Positions 1-9,141 of a stretch of DNA of 50,231 nt are shown piece by piece; the first letter of the stretch is position 1, and each line of letters begins with the position of its first letter. This DNA is from an uncultured Lachnospiraceae bacterium (lineage in GTDB: Bacteria; Bacillota; Clostridia; Lachnospirales; Lachnospiraceae). The translations under genes were made by a program, and so were the position numbers. The DNA lies in NCBI GenBank assembly GCA_964643255.1, contig CAZXSM010000005.1, positions 1 to 50,231 on the forward strand. Direction: 5' to 3'. The notes under the pieces were generated by a model. The model was not told where the DNA came from, made no database searches, and saw only the letters and a list, made by a program, of their open reading frames with translations.

Positions 1-26
1 TTGCTCTAATATATTTTAATTTAATA

Positions 27-55
27 TTGACAAACTGAAACTTCATGACTATAAT
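27..55 (+). promoter_or_regulatory. Sigma-A type promoter for the yceD-rpmF operon
   Basis: TTGACA (27-32), a 17-nt spacer and TATAAT (50-55) are exact consensus hexamers read directly from the sequence. Confidence 0.6.
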
Positions 56-93
56 AGAAAGAGTGTAATTTGAGATTAGAAAAGGAGATTGAT

Positions 94-621
94 ATGATTG
101 TAAATTTATTAGAAATTATGTCAGTAAAAGACCAAGTAAGAAATATCCAAGCTCCTTTCGAGTTAAAATCTATTACTTTTAATAACATGGAGTTTAAGGT
201 CGTTAGTAGTTCTTTGATTGACATAACCTTATCTCATATAGGGGTAAGAGAAGTTGGAATTCAAGGTAAAACTAAAGTAACAATATTAATTCCGTGTAAT
301 AGATGTCTTGAAGATGTTGAAGTAGATTTTGATATTTTAATAGATGAAGAATTAGACTTTAGCACTCAAGATGAAGACGAAATTAATGAATTAAAAGAAC
401 TTAATTATTTAAATGAATATAATCTGGATTTGGATTTATTAGTTCGTGAAGAAGTAATACTAGAATTTCCCATGAAGGTTCTATGCAATAATGACTGCAA
501 AGGACTTTGCAGTAGTTGCGGAACCAATCTAAATAAGGATACTTGTAATTGTGATACTACAAGCCTTGACCCTCGAATGGCAGCTATCCAAGATGTATTC
601 AATGAATTTAAGGAGGTGTAA
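94..621 (+). CDS. yceD: YceD/DUF177 family protein (large-subunit rRNA accumulation protein)
   Basis: The ORF spans 70..621. The in-frame ATG at 94 lies 6 nt after AAAGGAG (81-87), so it is preferred over the TTG at 70. It has the C-terminal Cys cluster CNNDCKGLCSSCGTNLNKDTCNC and sits immediately upstream of rpmF, as is typical. Confidence 0.85.
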   Translation: MIVNLLEIMSVKDQVRNIQAPFELKSITFNNMEFKVVSSSLIDITLSHIGVREVGIQGKTKVTILIPCNRCLEDVEVDFDILIDEELDFSTQDEDEINELKELNYLNEYNLDLDLLVREEVILEFPMKVLCNNDCKGLCSSCGTNLNKDTCNCDTTSLDPRMAAIQDVFNEFKEV

Positions 622-623
622 CC

Positions 624-809
624 ATGGGAGCAATTGGACCAAAGAATAAGTCATCTAAGTCAAGAAGAGATAAACGTAGAGCAAACTGGAAGATGAGTGT
701 ACCTAATTTAGTTGAATGCAGTAAATGCGGAGAGTTAAGTATGCCTCATAGAGTTTGCAAAAATTGCGGTTCTTACAATAAAAAAGAAATTATTGATGTT
801 GAAAACTAA
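624..809 (+). CDS. rpmF: 50S ribosomal protein L32
   Basis: This 61-aa protein has a basic N-terminus (SKSRRDKRRANWK) and the zinc ribbon CSKCGE...CKNCG. Its start is preceded by AAGGAGG. Confidence 0.95.
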   Translation: MGAIGPKNKSSKSRRDKRRANWKMSVPNLVECSKCGELSMPHRVCKNCGSYNKKEIIDVEN

Positions 810-820
810 TAAGTATAAAA

Positions 821-853
821 AGTCTAGCACATACAAAGTGCTAGACTTTTTTT
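821..853. terminator. Bidirectional intrinsic terminator shared by rpmF (+) and the convergent small gene (-)
   Basis: A perfect 9-bp stem, GTCTAGCAC (822-830) with GTGCTAGAC (838-846), has an A-run on the 5' side and a T-run on the 3' side. Confidence 0.8.
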
Positions 854-862
854 GTGAAAAAT

Positions 863-1033
863 TTAGTTTCCACCAGGTCCATCTCTACGAGGCTGGTCAT
901 CGGGTTTTACGTTACAATCACAAGATGATTTGTTTTGCTGATTTTGATTATTTTGTGTATTTACACTATTTGTTTGGTTAGCCTTATTATTAGTGTTTTT
1001 AGGTTGACGTTTTTGTTTCTTGTTTTTTGCCAT
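863..1033 (-). CDS. Hypothetical small basic Asn/Gln-rich protein (56 aa) with a CxC motif
   Basis: An internal ATG (complement of 1031-1033) within ORF 863..1111 is preceded by AAAGGAG (complement of 1040-1046) with a 6-nt spacer. The product is MAKNKKQKRQPKNTNN...SSCDCNVKPDDQPRRDGPGGN. I recognise no family. Confidence 0.55.
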   Translation of the reverse strand: MAKNKKQKRQPKNTNNKANQTNSVNTQNNQNQQNKSSCDCNVKPDDQPRRDGPGGN

Positions 1034-1148
1034 AACAAACTCCTTTCGAATTTTAATAGGCTTTTGCGAAACTACAGTATAGTATTTGGCAAAAAAACAT
1101 GGTTTATGCATTTATTAATACTTTCATGGCAATTATAAGGATAAATAA

Positions 1149-2447
1149 TTACATGACAGTAACAGAGTTTTTGTTAACTATATTATAGTTTAGTGATGCG
1201 TTGACAAGGCTTAGCAAGGTATCTTCGCTAGAGGTTAAGTCTTCTGAGGATATGTATTCTAGTGATGAGTGGTAGTCTTCTTTGAAGGTTTTAATGTTAG
1301 CCTCCTTTAATGGAGTGGAGTCTGGGAATAGAACAAAATCTCCCTTTGTATAGGTATAGCAATTGGATGCCTTGGCTTTGGTTTTATATTTTTTGTCTAC
1401 GTACTTTGCAATAGTTTTATGAACAGCCTGGTCTTCTTTGGGGAGATAATAATAGTCTTTGTAATTTGGGAAGAAGTACTTTAATTCACCTGTAAGAAGG
1501 GGCATTTTAGTTATTATATAATTGTCTTTTAAGCTTACCAAGTAATCAGTTTTTCTAGCTTTACTTAAATTGTTATTATGGCTTTTTCTCTTGTTATATC
1601 TGTTTATAGGTGAGGTTATCCACTTTAAAGGATAGGGGAAGTCAGTAGCAACTTCTACTTTGACAGTAAGGTAGTCCTTTGATTTTTCATAATTGACACT
1701 TATTATATTATTTTTTTGGACTCCTTGATCTAGTAAAGTGATATATCTTAGTATATTGCTTGTATCTAGTAAGCCTACTATGTCGTCGTAATTGTGTAAT
1801 AATAGTTTATAGGCAAGTTGGATACTTGCTTCAGTGTTTTCTGATTCTTTGTTTGTGGCCATAGACATATTATTATTAAAGAGGCTTTTCAGGTTATTAG
1901 CATAAGTAGTTTTACTTACTTGGCCTGCTAGTTTTTCGTAGGATAGCCTACCTATAAACTGGGAATATGTATCTATAAGATCACCGCCAGAAGTATTATC
2001 TCTTCTAGTAAAACCTAAATAATCTTCTAAAGTTTGAAGTTTTAAGTTAGGGAAGGGAAATAGTTTTCTATATGGTGATACTTGCTTATACATATCAAAA
2101 GAATCTATATTATCAAAAGGTTTTGGAATATTATGCTTTTCATATTTTATATTCAAATATGGTATATCGAAACCACTACCATTATAGTGTATAATGCATT
2201 TAAATGGTTTTAATTTATTGGAAAAAGCATTTAAGAGATCTGCTTCCTGGCTGGGGTCATCAAGAAGCCACTGGGTAATATGCCAGGCGTCATCTTTATA
2301 ATACATACATCCAATAAGGTATAGATAGGAAGTATATGCAGACAGTCCCGTTGTCTCTATATCGAAAAACAGTATTTCATTGATTTTATAGGGCTTATAT
2401 ATTGGAAATTTCAGAGTCTTGCTTGTTTTGTTTTTGATAGTTAACAT
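1149..2447 (-). CDS. YprB/MrfB-like RNase H-fold (DEDDh) 3'-5' exonuclease with an uncharacterised C-terminal half
   Basis: The N-terminal motifs are FFDIETTGL (Exo I), HYNGSGFDIPYL (Exo II) and LLHNYDDI (Exo III, H-x3-D), as in the PolB-like exonuclease domain of the YprB family. Residues from about 230 to 432 are not recognised. Confidence 0.7.
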   Translation of the reverse strand: MLTIKNKTSKTLKFPIYKPYKINEILFFDIETTGLSAYTSYLYLIGCMYYKDDAWHITQWLLDDPSQEADLLNAFSNKLKPFKCIIHYNGSGFDIPYLNIKYEKHNIPKPFDNIDSFDMYKQVSPYRKLFPFPNLKLQTLEDYLGFTRRDNTSGGDLIDTYSQFIGRLSYEKLAGQVSKTTYANNLKSLFNNNMSMATNKESENTEASIQLAYKLLLHNYDDIVGLLDTSNILRYITLLDQGVQKNNIISVNYEKSKDYLTVKVEVATDFPYPLKWITSPINRYNKRKSHNNNLSKARKTDYLVSLKDNYIITKMPLLTGELKYFFPNYKDYYYLPKEDQAVHKTIAKYVDKKYKTKAKASNCYTYTKGDFVLFPDSTPLKEANIKTFKEDYHSSLEYISSEDLTSSEDTLLSLVNASLNYNIVNKNSVTVM

Positions 2448-2585
2448 ATTATAAACCTTTCTATAACAAAGAATTTATCAAGTATCTATTTATTGTTTGT
2501 AGTTTTTTATGATATAATTCATCTAATAGTTATATTTTATATACTAGGCAAGTTAATTACAAGTATTTTGTGGAGGTGACCTGTT

Positions 2586-4160
2586 ATGAAAAAAGACAAG
2601 TTTCAAAACTTAGAAGAACTAAAAGGAACTGCCAAAATTCGAGCTTCAGGTTTGTTACGAGTTATATTAGTAGCTTTACTAGTATTATTACAACTTTCAA
2701 TTGTTATTTTTATTACTGATTGGTTAAGGGGTAATTATATTTATATTTATTATGTGATAGAACTTTTAAGTGTTGCTCTTGGTATATTTCTTATAAATGT
2801 ATATAGAAACTCATCTTATAAGATTGCTTGGCTATGTATATTTATGATATTTCCTATTACAGGACATATCATGTTTCTATTATGGGGTAATAGGTTTTCA
2901 AAAAAGAGAATGGAAAACAAAATCACTAAAAGAATGACTCATGATAGTTCTGTATATCTGACTCAGGAAGAAGGAATAAGAGAAGAGTTTAAAGAAGAAT
3001 ATCCTAATCAAAACAACATATCAACATATCTAGAGAATCATCAGTTTCCTTTATTTACAAATAACCAGTTAAAATATTATCCTTTCGGCGAGGATGTTTT
3101 TAAAGATATATTTGAGGACATTAGACAAGCTGAAAAGTTTGTAATGGTTAATTTTTATATAGTTGCTCAAGGTGTTTTATTAGATGAATTAGTTGATATA
3201 CTAGCCCAAAAAGTAAAAGAAGGGGTAGAAGTTAAGTTTATGTATGATGATTTTGGAGCTTCTATCCGAACACCTAAAAATTTCAGGAAGAAACTTGAAG
3301 ACAAAGGTATTGAAGTAGCAGTCTTTAACCCTATCCACAAATATACTGATAGATTATATCTTAATTACAGAAGTCATCAAAAAATTATTGTAGTTGATGG
3401 TAATATTGCATATACAGGTGGTATTAATTTAGCAGATGAATACGCTAACCTTGTAGAAAGATTTGGAGTTTGGAAGGATTCCTCTATTAAGGTAGAAGGT
3501 GATGCCGCTTGGGGATTTACTTTCATCTTTTTACAAATGTGGGAATTATGCGGTGAAAAGCATAAAAATGAATATGATTACTATAGACCAGATCAAGATT
3601 TTCAAGAAAACAAGGCATATTGCCATGTTGTATCAGATGGTCCTGCTAATAATCCTGAAAATCCAATTGAGAGTCTATACAGACAGATTATCTATAATGC
3701 AAAAGAATTTTTGTATATAGAAACTCCATATTTAGTCATAGAAGATGATATGAAAGAAGCCCTTATAACAGCTGCACAGTCTGGAGTTGATGTAAGAATT
3801 ATCACACCATATATTCCAGATAAGAAAAATGTTAAACTCCTTACAGAATATAACTATGGTCCACTATTGAAAAACGGGGTCAAAATATTAGAATATGAAC
3901 CAGGTTTTATTCACGGTAAAGTAATAATTAATGAAAGTTGCGGGATTGTAGGAACAATTAATATGGATTATCGTAGTTTCTATCTTCATTATGAATGTGG
4001 ACTCTTTATGTGTGATAAAGATATAATTAACACAATTGAGAGTCACTTTAAGGAAACCTTCAAAGTGTGTGTTGAAGTAGATTATGAAGAATGGAAGAAA
4101 AGACCTTGGTACATAAAGGTCTATCAATATGTGTTGAACTTGTTCCAAACTTTAATCTAA
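2586..4160 (+). CDS. cls: Cardiolipin synthase (phospholipase D superfamily)
   Basis: It has two HKD motifs (HQKIIVVDGNIAYTGGINL and HGKVIINESCGIVGTINMD) and N-terminal TM helices. The start is preceded by the RBS GGAGGTG. Confidence 0.9.
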   Translation: MKKDKFQNLEELKGTAKIRASGLLRVILVALLVLLQLSIVIFITDWLRGNYIYIYYVIELLSVALGIFLINVYRNSSYKIAWLCIFMIFPITGHIMFLLWGNRFSKKRMENKITKRMTHDSSVYLTQEEGIREEFKEEYPNQNNISTYLENHQFPLFTNNQLKYYPFGEDVFKDIFEDIRQAEKFVMVNFYIVAQGVLLDELVDILAQKVKEGVEVKFMYDDFGASIRTPKNFRKKLEDKGIEVAVFNPIHKYTDRLYLNYRSHQKIIVVDGNIAYTGGINLADEYANLVERFGVWKDSSIKVEGDAAWGFTFIFLQMWELCGEKHKNEYDYYRPDQDFQENKAYCHVVSDGPANNPENPIESLYRQIIYNAKEFLYIETPYLVIEDDMKEALITAAQSGVDVRIITPYIPDKKNVKLLTEYNYGPLLKNGVKILEYEPGFIHGKVIINESCGIVGTINMDYRSFYLHYECGLFMCDKDIINTIESHFKETFKVCVEVDYEEWKKRPWYIKVYQYVLNLFQTLI

Positions 4161-4172
4161 CTTGAGGTCCGT

Positions 4173-4184
4173 GAACATTTGTTT
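4173..4184 (+). promoter_or_regulatory. Candidate LexA (Cheo-type) box upstream of ruvAB
   Basis: GAACATTTGTTT matches GAAC-N4-GTTC with one mismatch. It lies about 10 nt upstream of the putative -35 element. Confidence 0.3.
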
Positions 4185-4193
4185 GTTTTCTCC

Positions 4194-4222
4194 TTGATTA
4201 ATAATTATATAACTAGTATAAT
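4194..4222 (+). promoter_or_regulatory. Candidate sigma-A promoter of ruvAB
   Basis: TTGATT (4194-4199), a 17-nt spacer and TATAAT (4217-4222). Confidence 0.5.
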
Positions 4223-4289
4223 AATAAAAGTGACATTTTGAAGTTATAAGCTTTAAGCAATATACTTTTACTTATAGAGGAGTTTATTT

Positions 4290-4901
4290 ATGATAGAATA
4301 TATTACAGGCGAATTAATTGATGTAAGAGAGGATTGTATTATACTAGAGCAAAATGGCATTGGTTATAGTATTATGATGCCTCTTAGTGCAATAAGTGAT
4401 ATACCCAGTAATGGTTCATTTGTAAAGATATATACATACCTTCATGTTAGGGAAGATATACTTGCCCTATACGGATTCTTAAGCCAAGATGATTTGGATA
4501 TGTTTAAATTATTAATCACTGTTAGTGGTATTGGGCCAAAGGGAGCATTAGGCATATTATCAAGTATTAGGCCAAATGATTTACGATTTGCTATACTTGC
4601 AGAAGATACTAAAACAATTACGAAGGCACCTGGAGTAGGACCTAAAACTGCTCAAAAGTTAATATTTGAACTTAAGGACAAAATTGACTTAGATGAAAGT
4701 TTCGAAGCTAGAAGCCTTAATAATGATATCTTAGGTTCAAGCTCAGAACATATAAAAAATGTTAAAAATGAAACAATAGAAGCCCTAGTAGTACTAGGCT
4801 ATTCTAGAAGTGATGCTTTAAAGGTTGTTAGAAATATTAAAATCGATGAAAATACAAATTCAGAAGAGGCTTTAAAGATCAGTTTAAAACAATTAGTATA
4901 A
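4290..4901 (+). CDS. ruvA: Holliday junction DNA helicase subunit RuvA
   Basis: The N-terminus is MIEYITG..., with helix-hairpin-helix motifs (VSGIGPKGALGIL and APGVGPKTAQKLI). It is followed directly by ruvB. Confidence 0.93.
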   Translation: MIEYITGELIDVREDCIILEQNGIGYSIMMPLSAISDIPSNGSFVKIYTYLHVREDILALYGFLSQDDLDMFKLLITVSGIGPKGALGILSSIRPNDLRFAILAEDTKTITKAPGVGPKTAQKLIFELKDKIDLDESFEARSLNNDILGSSSEHIKNVKNETIEALVVLGYSRSDALKVVRNIKIDENTNSEEALKISLKQLV

Positions 4902-4922
4902 AATCATATATTGGTGGTAAAT

Positions 4923-5927
4923 ATGAAGAAAAGAATTATTACAACAGAAATAACAGAAGAAGATAAATCAATTGAAACTGTACTTAGGCCTCAATATTTA
5001 GATGATTATATAGGACAAAGTAAGATTAAAGATAATCTTAAGGTGTATATAGAGGCTGCTAAAATGAGAGAAGAATCCTTAGACCATGTTCTGCTTTATG
5101 GGCCTCCAGGACTAGGTAAGACAACTCTTGCTGGAATAATAGCCAATGAAATGAATGGTGATATTAAAATCACATCTGGTCCAGCGATTGAGAAACCAGG
5201 AGAAATGGCTGCAATTCTTAATAACCTCAATGAAGGCGATGTATTGTTTATTGATGAGATTCATAGGTTAAACAATCAAGTAGAAGAATTATTGTATCCT
5301 GCAATGGAAGACTTTGTAATAGATATCCTTATTGGAAAAGGCGCAAGTACTAAGTCTATAAGACTAGAGTTACCGAGTTTTACTTTAGTAGGGGCTACTA
5401 CAAGAGCAGGCATGCTTACCCCTCCCCTTAGAGATAGGTTTGGGGTTGTTAATCGACTTGAGTTTTATACTATAGAAGAATTAAATGAAATTATATTAAG
5501 ATCAGCCAAAATATATGATGTAGAAATAGATAATGATGGTGCCCTCGAACTTGCTAAAAGGTCAAGGGGAACCCCTAGACTAGCCAATCGTTTACTTAAA
5601 AGAGTTAGGGATTTTGCTCAAGTTAAATCCGATGGAAAGATTACTAAGGAAGTAGCTGATAATTCATTAAACTTATTGGAAGTTGATAAGCTAGGACTGG
5701 ATAATACTGATAGGGAAATTCTATTAACTATGATACATAGCTTTGATGGAGGACCTGTAGGTATAGAAACTATAGCTACAACTATAGGTGAAGACCCTGG
5801 AACAATAGAAGAAGTTTACGAACCATATCTAGTGCAAAACGGATTGATTTTAAGAACACCAAGAGGAAGAGTTGTTTCTGACCTTACTTACAAACATTTA
5901 GGAATAAATCGACAATTAAAAACGTGA
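4923..5927 (+). CDS. ruvB: Holliday junction ATP-dependent helicase RuvB
   Basis: It carries Walker [10 protein letters not shown] and Walker [10 protein letters not shown], and the sensor region is conserved. The ORF opens at TTG 4911, but the ATG at 4923 is more plausible. Confidence 0.95.
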   Translation: MKKRIITTEITEEDKSIETVLRPQYLDDYIGQSKIKDNLKVYIEAAKMREESLDHVLLYGPPGLGKTTLAGIIANEMNGDIKITSGPAIEKPGEMAAILNNLNEGDVLFIDEIHRLNNQVEELLYPAMEDFVIDILIGKGASTKSIRLELPSFTLVGATTRAGMLTPPLRDRFGVVNRLEFYTIEELNEIILRSAKIYDVEIDNDGALELAKRSRGTPRLANRLLKRVRDFAQVKSDGKITKEVADNSLNLLEVDKLGLDNTDREILLTMIHSFDGGPVGIETIATTIGEDPGTIEEVYEPYLVQNGLILRTPRGRVVSDLTYKHLGINRQLKT

Positions 5928-6054
5928 TTCTACTTGTAAAGGCAAGGGCTTTGGTTTATAATTAGATAAGAAGTCAAATAAAGTAATATTATGTAGAATA
6001 TATCATGTATCTTTAATTATAGTTTATTTTCAATTAAATTCTAAGGGTGAGGTA

Positions 6055-6447
6055 ATGAATAAGAAAAATACTGTTGAAGTTGTAATTAATAATAAACAAT
6101 ATATACTAGGTGGTTATGAGAGCCCAGAATATTTACAAAAGATTGCCTCATATATTAATAACCAATATAGTGAGTTTAAGAAACAAGATTTTTATAAACA
6201 TTTAGATAGAGATATGAAGAGTGTTCTTATACAAATTAATATTGCAGATGATTTTTTTAAAGCAAAAGATCAAATAGATCTTATTCAGGTAAAGAATGAA
6301 GAAAATAATACAGAAATCTATAATTTAAGACATGAATTAGTTGGGGCAAGGTCAGAGTTAGAGTCTGCCCAAGAAGAAATAAAAGAATTAAAACAAGAAT
6401 TACTAGAAGCTCAAAAAAAGCTCATTCGTTTAGAGAAAACTAATTAA
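6055..6447 (+). CDS. zapA: Cell division protein ZapA
   Basis: This 130-aa protein has the N-terminal VVINNKQYILGG...PEYLQKIASYIN signature and a C-terminal coiled coil. The start is preceded by the RBS GGGTGAGG. Confidence 0.8.
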   Translation: MNKKNTVEVVINNKQYILGGYESPEYLQKIASYINNQYSEFKKQDFYKHLDRDMKSVLIQINIADDFFKAKDQIDLIQVKNEENNTEIYNLRHELVGARSELESAQEEIKELKQELLEAQKKLIRLEKTN

Positions 6448-6491
6448 TAATAATGTTTTACAAGAATGATTAGATATATATATGTGTAATT

Positions 6492-6532
6492 CCGCATAGA
6501 GAGACGATGGTGTCTTTTCTCTGCGGTTTTTT
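6492..6532 (+). terminator. Intrinsic terminator after zapA
   Basis: CCGCATAGAGAGAC ... GTCTTTTCTCTGCGG forms a hairpin followed by TTTTTT. Confidence 0.8.
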
Positions 6533-6554
6533 ATTTTTAGGAGGAGAAAACTTT

Positions 6555-9104
6555 ATGAATAATATTGAAATATTATCGCCTGCTGGTTCCATAGAAAGCC
6601 TTAAGACAGCTATTAATGCCTCTTGTGATGCGATTTATATAGGTGGCTCTATGTTTGGAGCTAGAGCCTATGCCGATAACCCCAAACAGGATGTTCTAAT
6701 AGATGCTATAGATTATGCTCATATACATGGAAAGAAAATATACTTAACAGTTAATACTTTACTTAAAAATGGTGAGCTTGAAGATAAGCTGTATGATTAT
6801 ATATACAAATACTATATTAATGGCGTAGATGCAGTGATTGTACAAGACTTAGGAGTTCTACGTTTTATTCATGAAAACTTTCCCGACTTGCCTATTCATG
6901 CAAGTACTCAGATGACATTAACTATGGCTGAGGGAGCTAATGTTCTAGCAGATTATGGTGTTACTAGATTTGTACCTTCTAGGGAACTTGGTTTAGATGA
7001 ATTAATTGAGATGAGAAAGAACACAGATTTAGAAATTGAAGTATTTGTACATGGATCTCTTTGTTATTCTTATTCCGGTCAATGTTTAATGTCTAGTGTC
7101 TTTAATGGAAGAAGTGGTAACAGGGGAAGGTGTGCACAACCTTGTAGGATGCCCTATACTTTATTAGGTAATGTGGATAGTCTTGGACAAGAAAATCTAG
7201 AGCTTTCTTCTAATAAAGACAAATACCTACTTAGTCCAAAGGATATATGTACATTAGATTATGTTCCTGACTTGCTTGATATAGGGATAGATTCTTTTAA
7301 AATTGAAGGGCGCATGAAACGTCCAGAGTATACTGCTATTACTACCTATACCTATAAGAAATATGTGGATAAATATTTAGAACTAGGTAGACAAGGTTAC
7401 CAAAGATATATTTATGATAATCAAAAAGAATACAAGCAAGATAAGATGAATCTAATGGATATATATAATAGAGGTGGTTTTAGTGGGGGATACTTAAATC
7501 AAAGAAATGGTAGAAGTATGATAACACTAGACAAACCAAATCATAGCGGTGTAGAAGTAGGTAAAGTTTCTCGGGTGACAAAAAACCGTATCTGGATTGA
7601 CCTAGAAGAGGATATTAATAAGGCTGACGTTTTAAGGATTGTTGGCCAAGATAGAGAAAAAGACTTTTATGAGTACACAAGTGGAAGCAGCCACAAAGCT
7701 GGGCAAGAGACAGAGACTAACTATGATAGAAGGGTCTCACTTCAAGTAGACAATAAAGTATATCGTGTAAGAAATAATGCCTTAATTGATTATCTAGACA
7801 GTAATTTTATCCAGGCTAATTATCTAACTTCTATAGATGGAAAGGTAGATGTGGTTGTTGGAGAGGAATTATCAATTACCCTAATATCAGATGACCTATC
7901 TGTTAAAGTCCTAGGAGACATAGTAGAAGAAGCTAGAAACCAGCCTATGTCTGAAGAAAAAATCAAGAAACAAGTTATAAAAACTAATGATACAAACTTT
8001 GTATTTAATAATTTAGAGATAAACATTAAAGGAAGACCATTTATACCAGTAAGTAAACTAAATGAGTTAAGAAGACAGGGAATAGTAAAATTAGAAGAAA
8101 AACTTATCTCAAGATATTATAGAAATCTTGAGATAAGAGAGATGAAAGATATTGAAGGTAATAAGAGTACTAAAGATTATATAAACAATGAACTTAATAA
8201 TTCTAATGAAAAAGTTAAAATTCATGTAGTAGTTCACAGTATAGAACAGGCATATGCAGCTGCAACTCAGCCAGAGGTTTCTGCTATATATTTAGATAGC
8301 GATATTGTACCATTTAATGAAATGCAAAATTTGTTTAATCATATTAAAGACAAAGGCAAAAAAGTATATCTATATATGCCACATATCTTTAGAAAGCTTA
8401 CCTATGATTATTATAAAAATAAGATAGAAGACCCCTTATCTGTTTTGTTAGATGACAAATTAGATGGCTATGTAATAAGGAATTTAGAAGAATATGATTT
8501 TATTAATAAGTATATCCTTAAAGGTAGTCTAGCTAATGAGATAAGGGAAAAAGAAATAATTGCTGATTATAACCTATATGTTATGAACAAGGAAGCTGTC
8601 AAGATGCTTAATGAACTAGGGGTAAAACATTTAACTGCACCTGTTGAACTTAACAGGAATGAACTTAAAGAATTAAAAGGACTTTATGACACTATTATTG
8701 TATATGGTAGGACTCCTTTAATGGTAACTGCCCAGTGCCCTATGAAAACAGTTTCTGGTGGCGATAATAAGCATTTAAATAAAACGAGAAACAATTATTG
8801 TTGCGGTAATGACGTAAGCAATATACAATTAGTAGACCGGCTAAATGTTGAATTTCCTGTGGTAAGGAATTGTAAACACTGCTATAATACAATTTATAAT
8901 AGCCTTCCTTTATCACTACTTAGGTACTCTAACGATGTAAAAAGTTTGGATTCAAATAACATTCGGTTAGATTTTACAATAGAAAGTAAAGAAGAAACTA
9001 TTATGGTCTTAGATAAATTTATACAAGTCTTTTATTATGAAGATTTGACTACCAAAGACATAGATAATTATACAAGAGTGCATTTTAATAGAGGAATTGA
9101 ATAG
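6555..9104 (+). CDS. Long-form U32 family enzyme (peptidase U32 / Fe-S RNA or quinone hydroxylase family) with a DUF3656-like middle region
   Basis: It carries the U32 signature and Cys cluster CYSYSGQCLMSSVFNGRSGNRGRCAQPCR, plus FKIEGRMKRPEY. The track start at 6507 lies inside the zapA terminator hairpin, whereas ATG 6555 follows AGGAGGAG. Confidence 0.85.
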   Translation: MNNIEILSPAGSIESLKTAINASCDAIYIGGSMFGARAYADNPKQDVLIDAIDYAHIHGKKIYLTVNTLLKNGELEDKLYDYIYKYYINGVDAVIVQDLGVLRFIHENFPDLPIHASTQMTLTMAEGANVLADYGVTRFVPSRELGLDELIEMRKNTDLEIEVFVHGSLCYSYSGQCLMSSVFNGRSGNRGRCAQPCRMPYTLLGNVDSLGQENLELSSNKDKYLLSPKDICTLDYVPDLLDIGIDSFKIEGRMKRPEYTAITTYTYKKYVDKYLELGRQGYQRYIYDNQKEYKQDKMNLMDIYNRGGFSGGYLNQRNGRSMITLDKPNHSGVEVGKVSRVTKNRIWIDLEEDINKADVLRIVGQDREKDFYEYTSGSSHKAGQETETNYDRRVSLQVDNKVYRVRNNALIDYLDSNFIQANYLTSIDGKVDVVVGEELSITLISDDLSVKVLGDIVEEARNQPMSEEKIKKQVIKTNDTNFVFNNLEINIKGRPFIPVSKLNELRRQGIVKLEEKLISRYYRNLEIREMKDIEGNKSTKDYINNELNNSNEKVKIHVVVHSIEQAYAAATQPEVSAIYLDSDIVPFNEMQNLFNHIKDKGKKVYLYMPHIFRKLTYDYYKNKIEDPLSVLLDDKLDGYVIRNLEEYDFINKYILKGSLANEIREKEIIADYNLYVMNKEAVKMLNELGVKHLTAPVELNRNELKELKGLYDTIIVYGRTPLMVTAQCPMKTVSGGDNKHLNKTRNNYCCGNDVSNIQLVDRLNVEFPVVRNCKHCYNTIYNSLPLSLLRYSNDVKSLDSNNIRLDFTIESKEETIMVLDKFIQVFYYEDLTTKDIDNYTRVHFNRGIE

Positions 9105-9141
9105 GTTAACAAAGAAATAAAACTTTAAAAATCAAGGAAGA

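Noticed and set aside
793-1138. Plus-strand ORFs 793..981 and 935..1138.
   Set aside because: They cross the rpmF terminator hairpin and lie antisense to a better-supported minus-strand small gene with a strong RBS. They have no RBS of their own and their products are hydrophobic and low-complexity.
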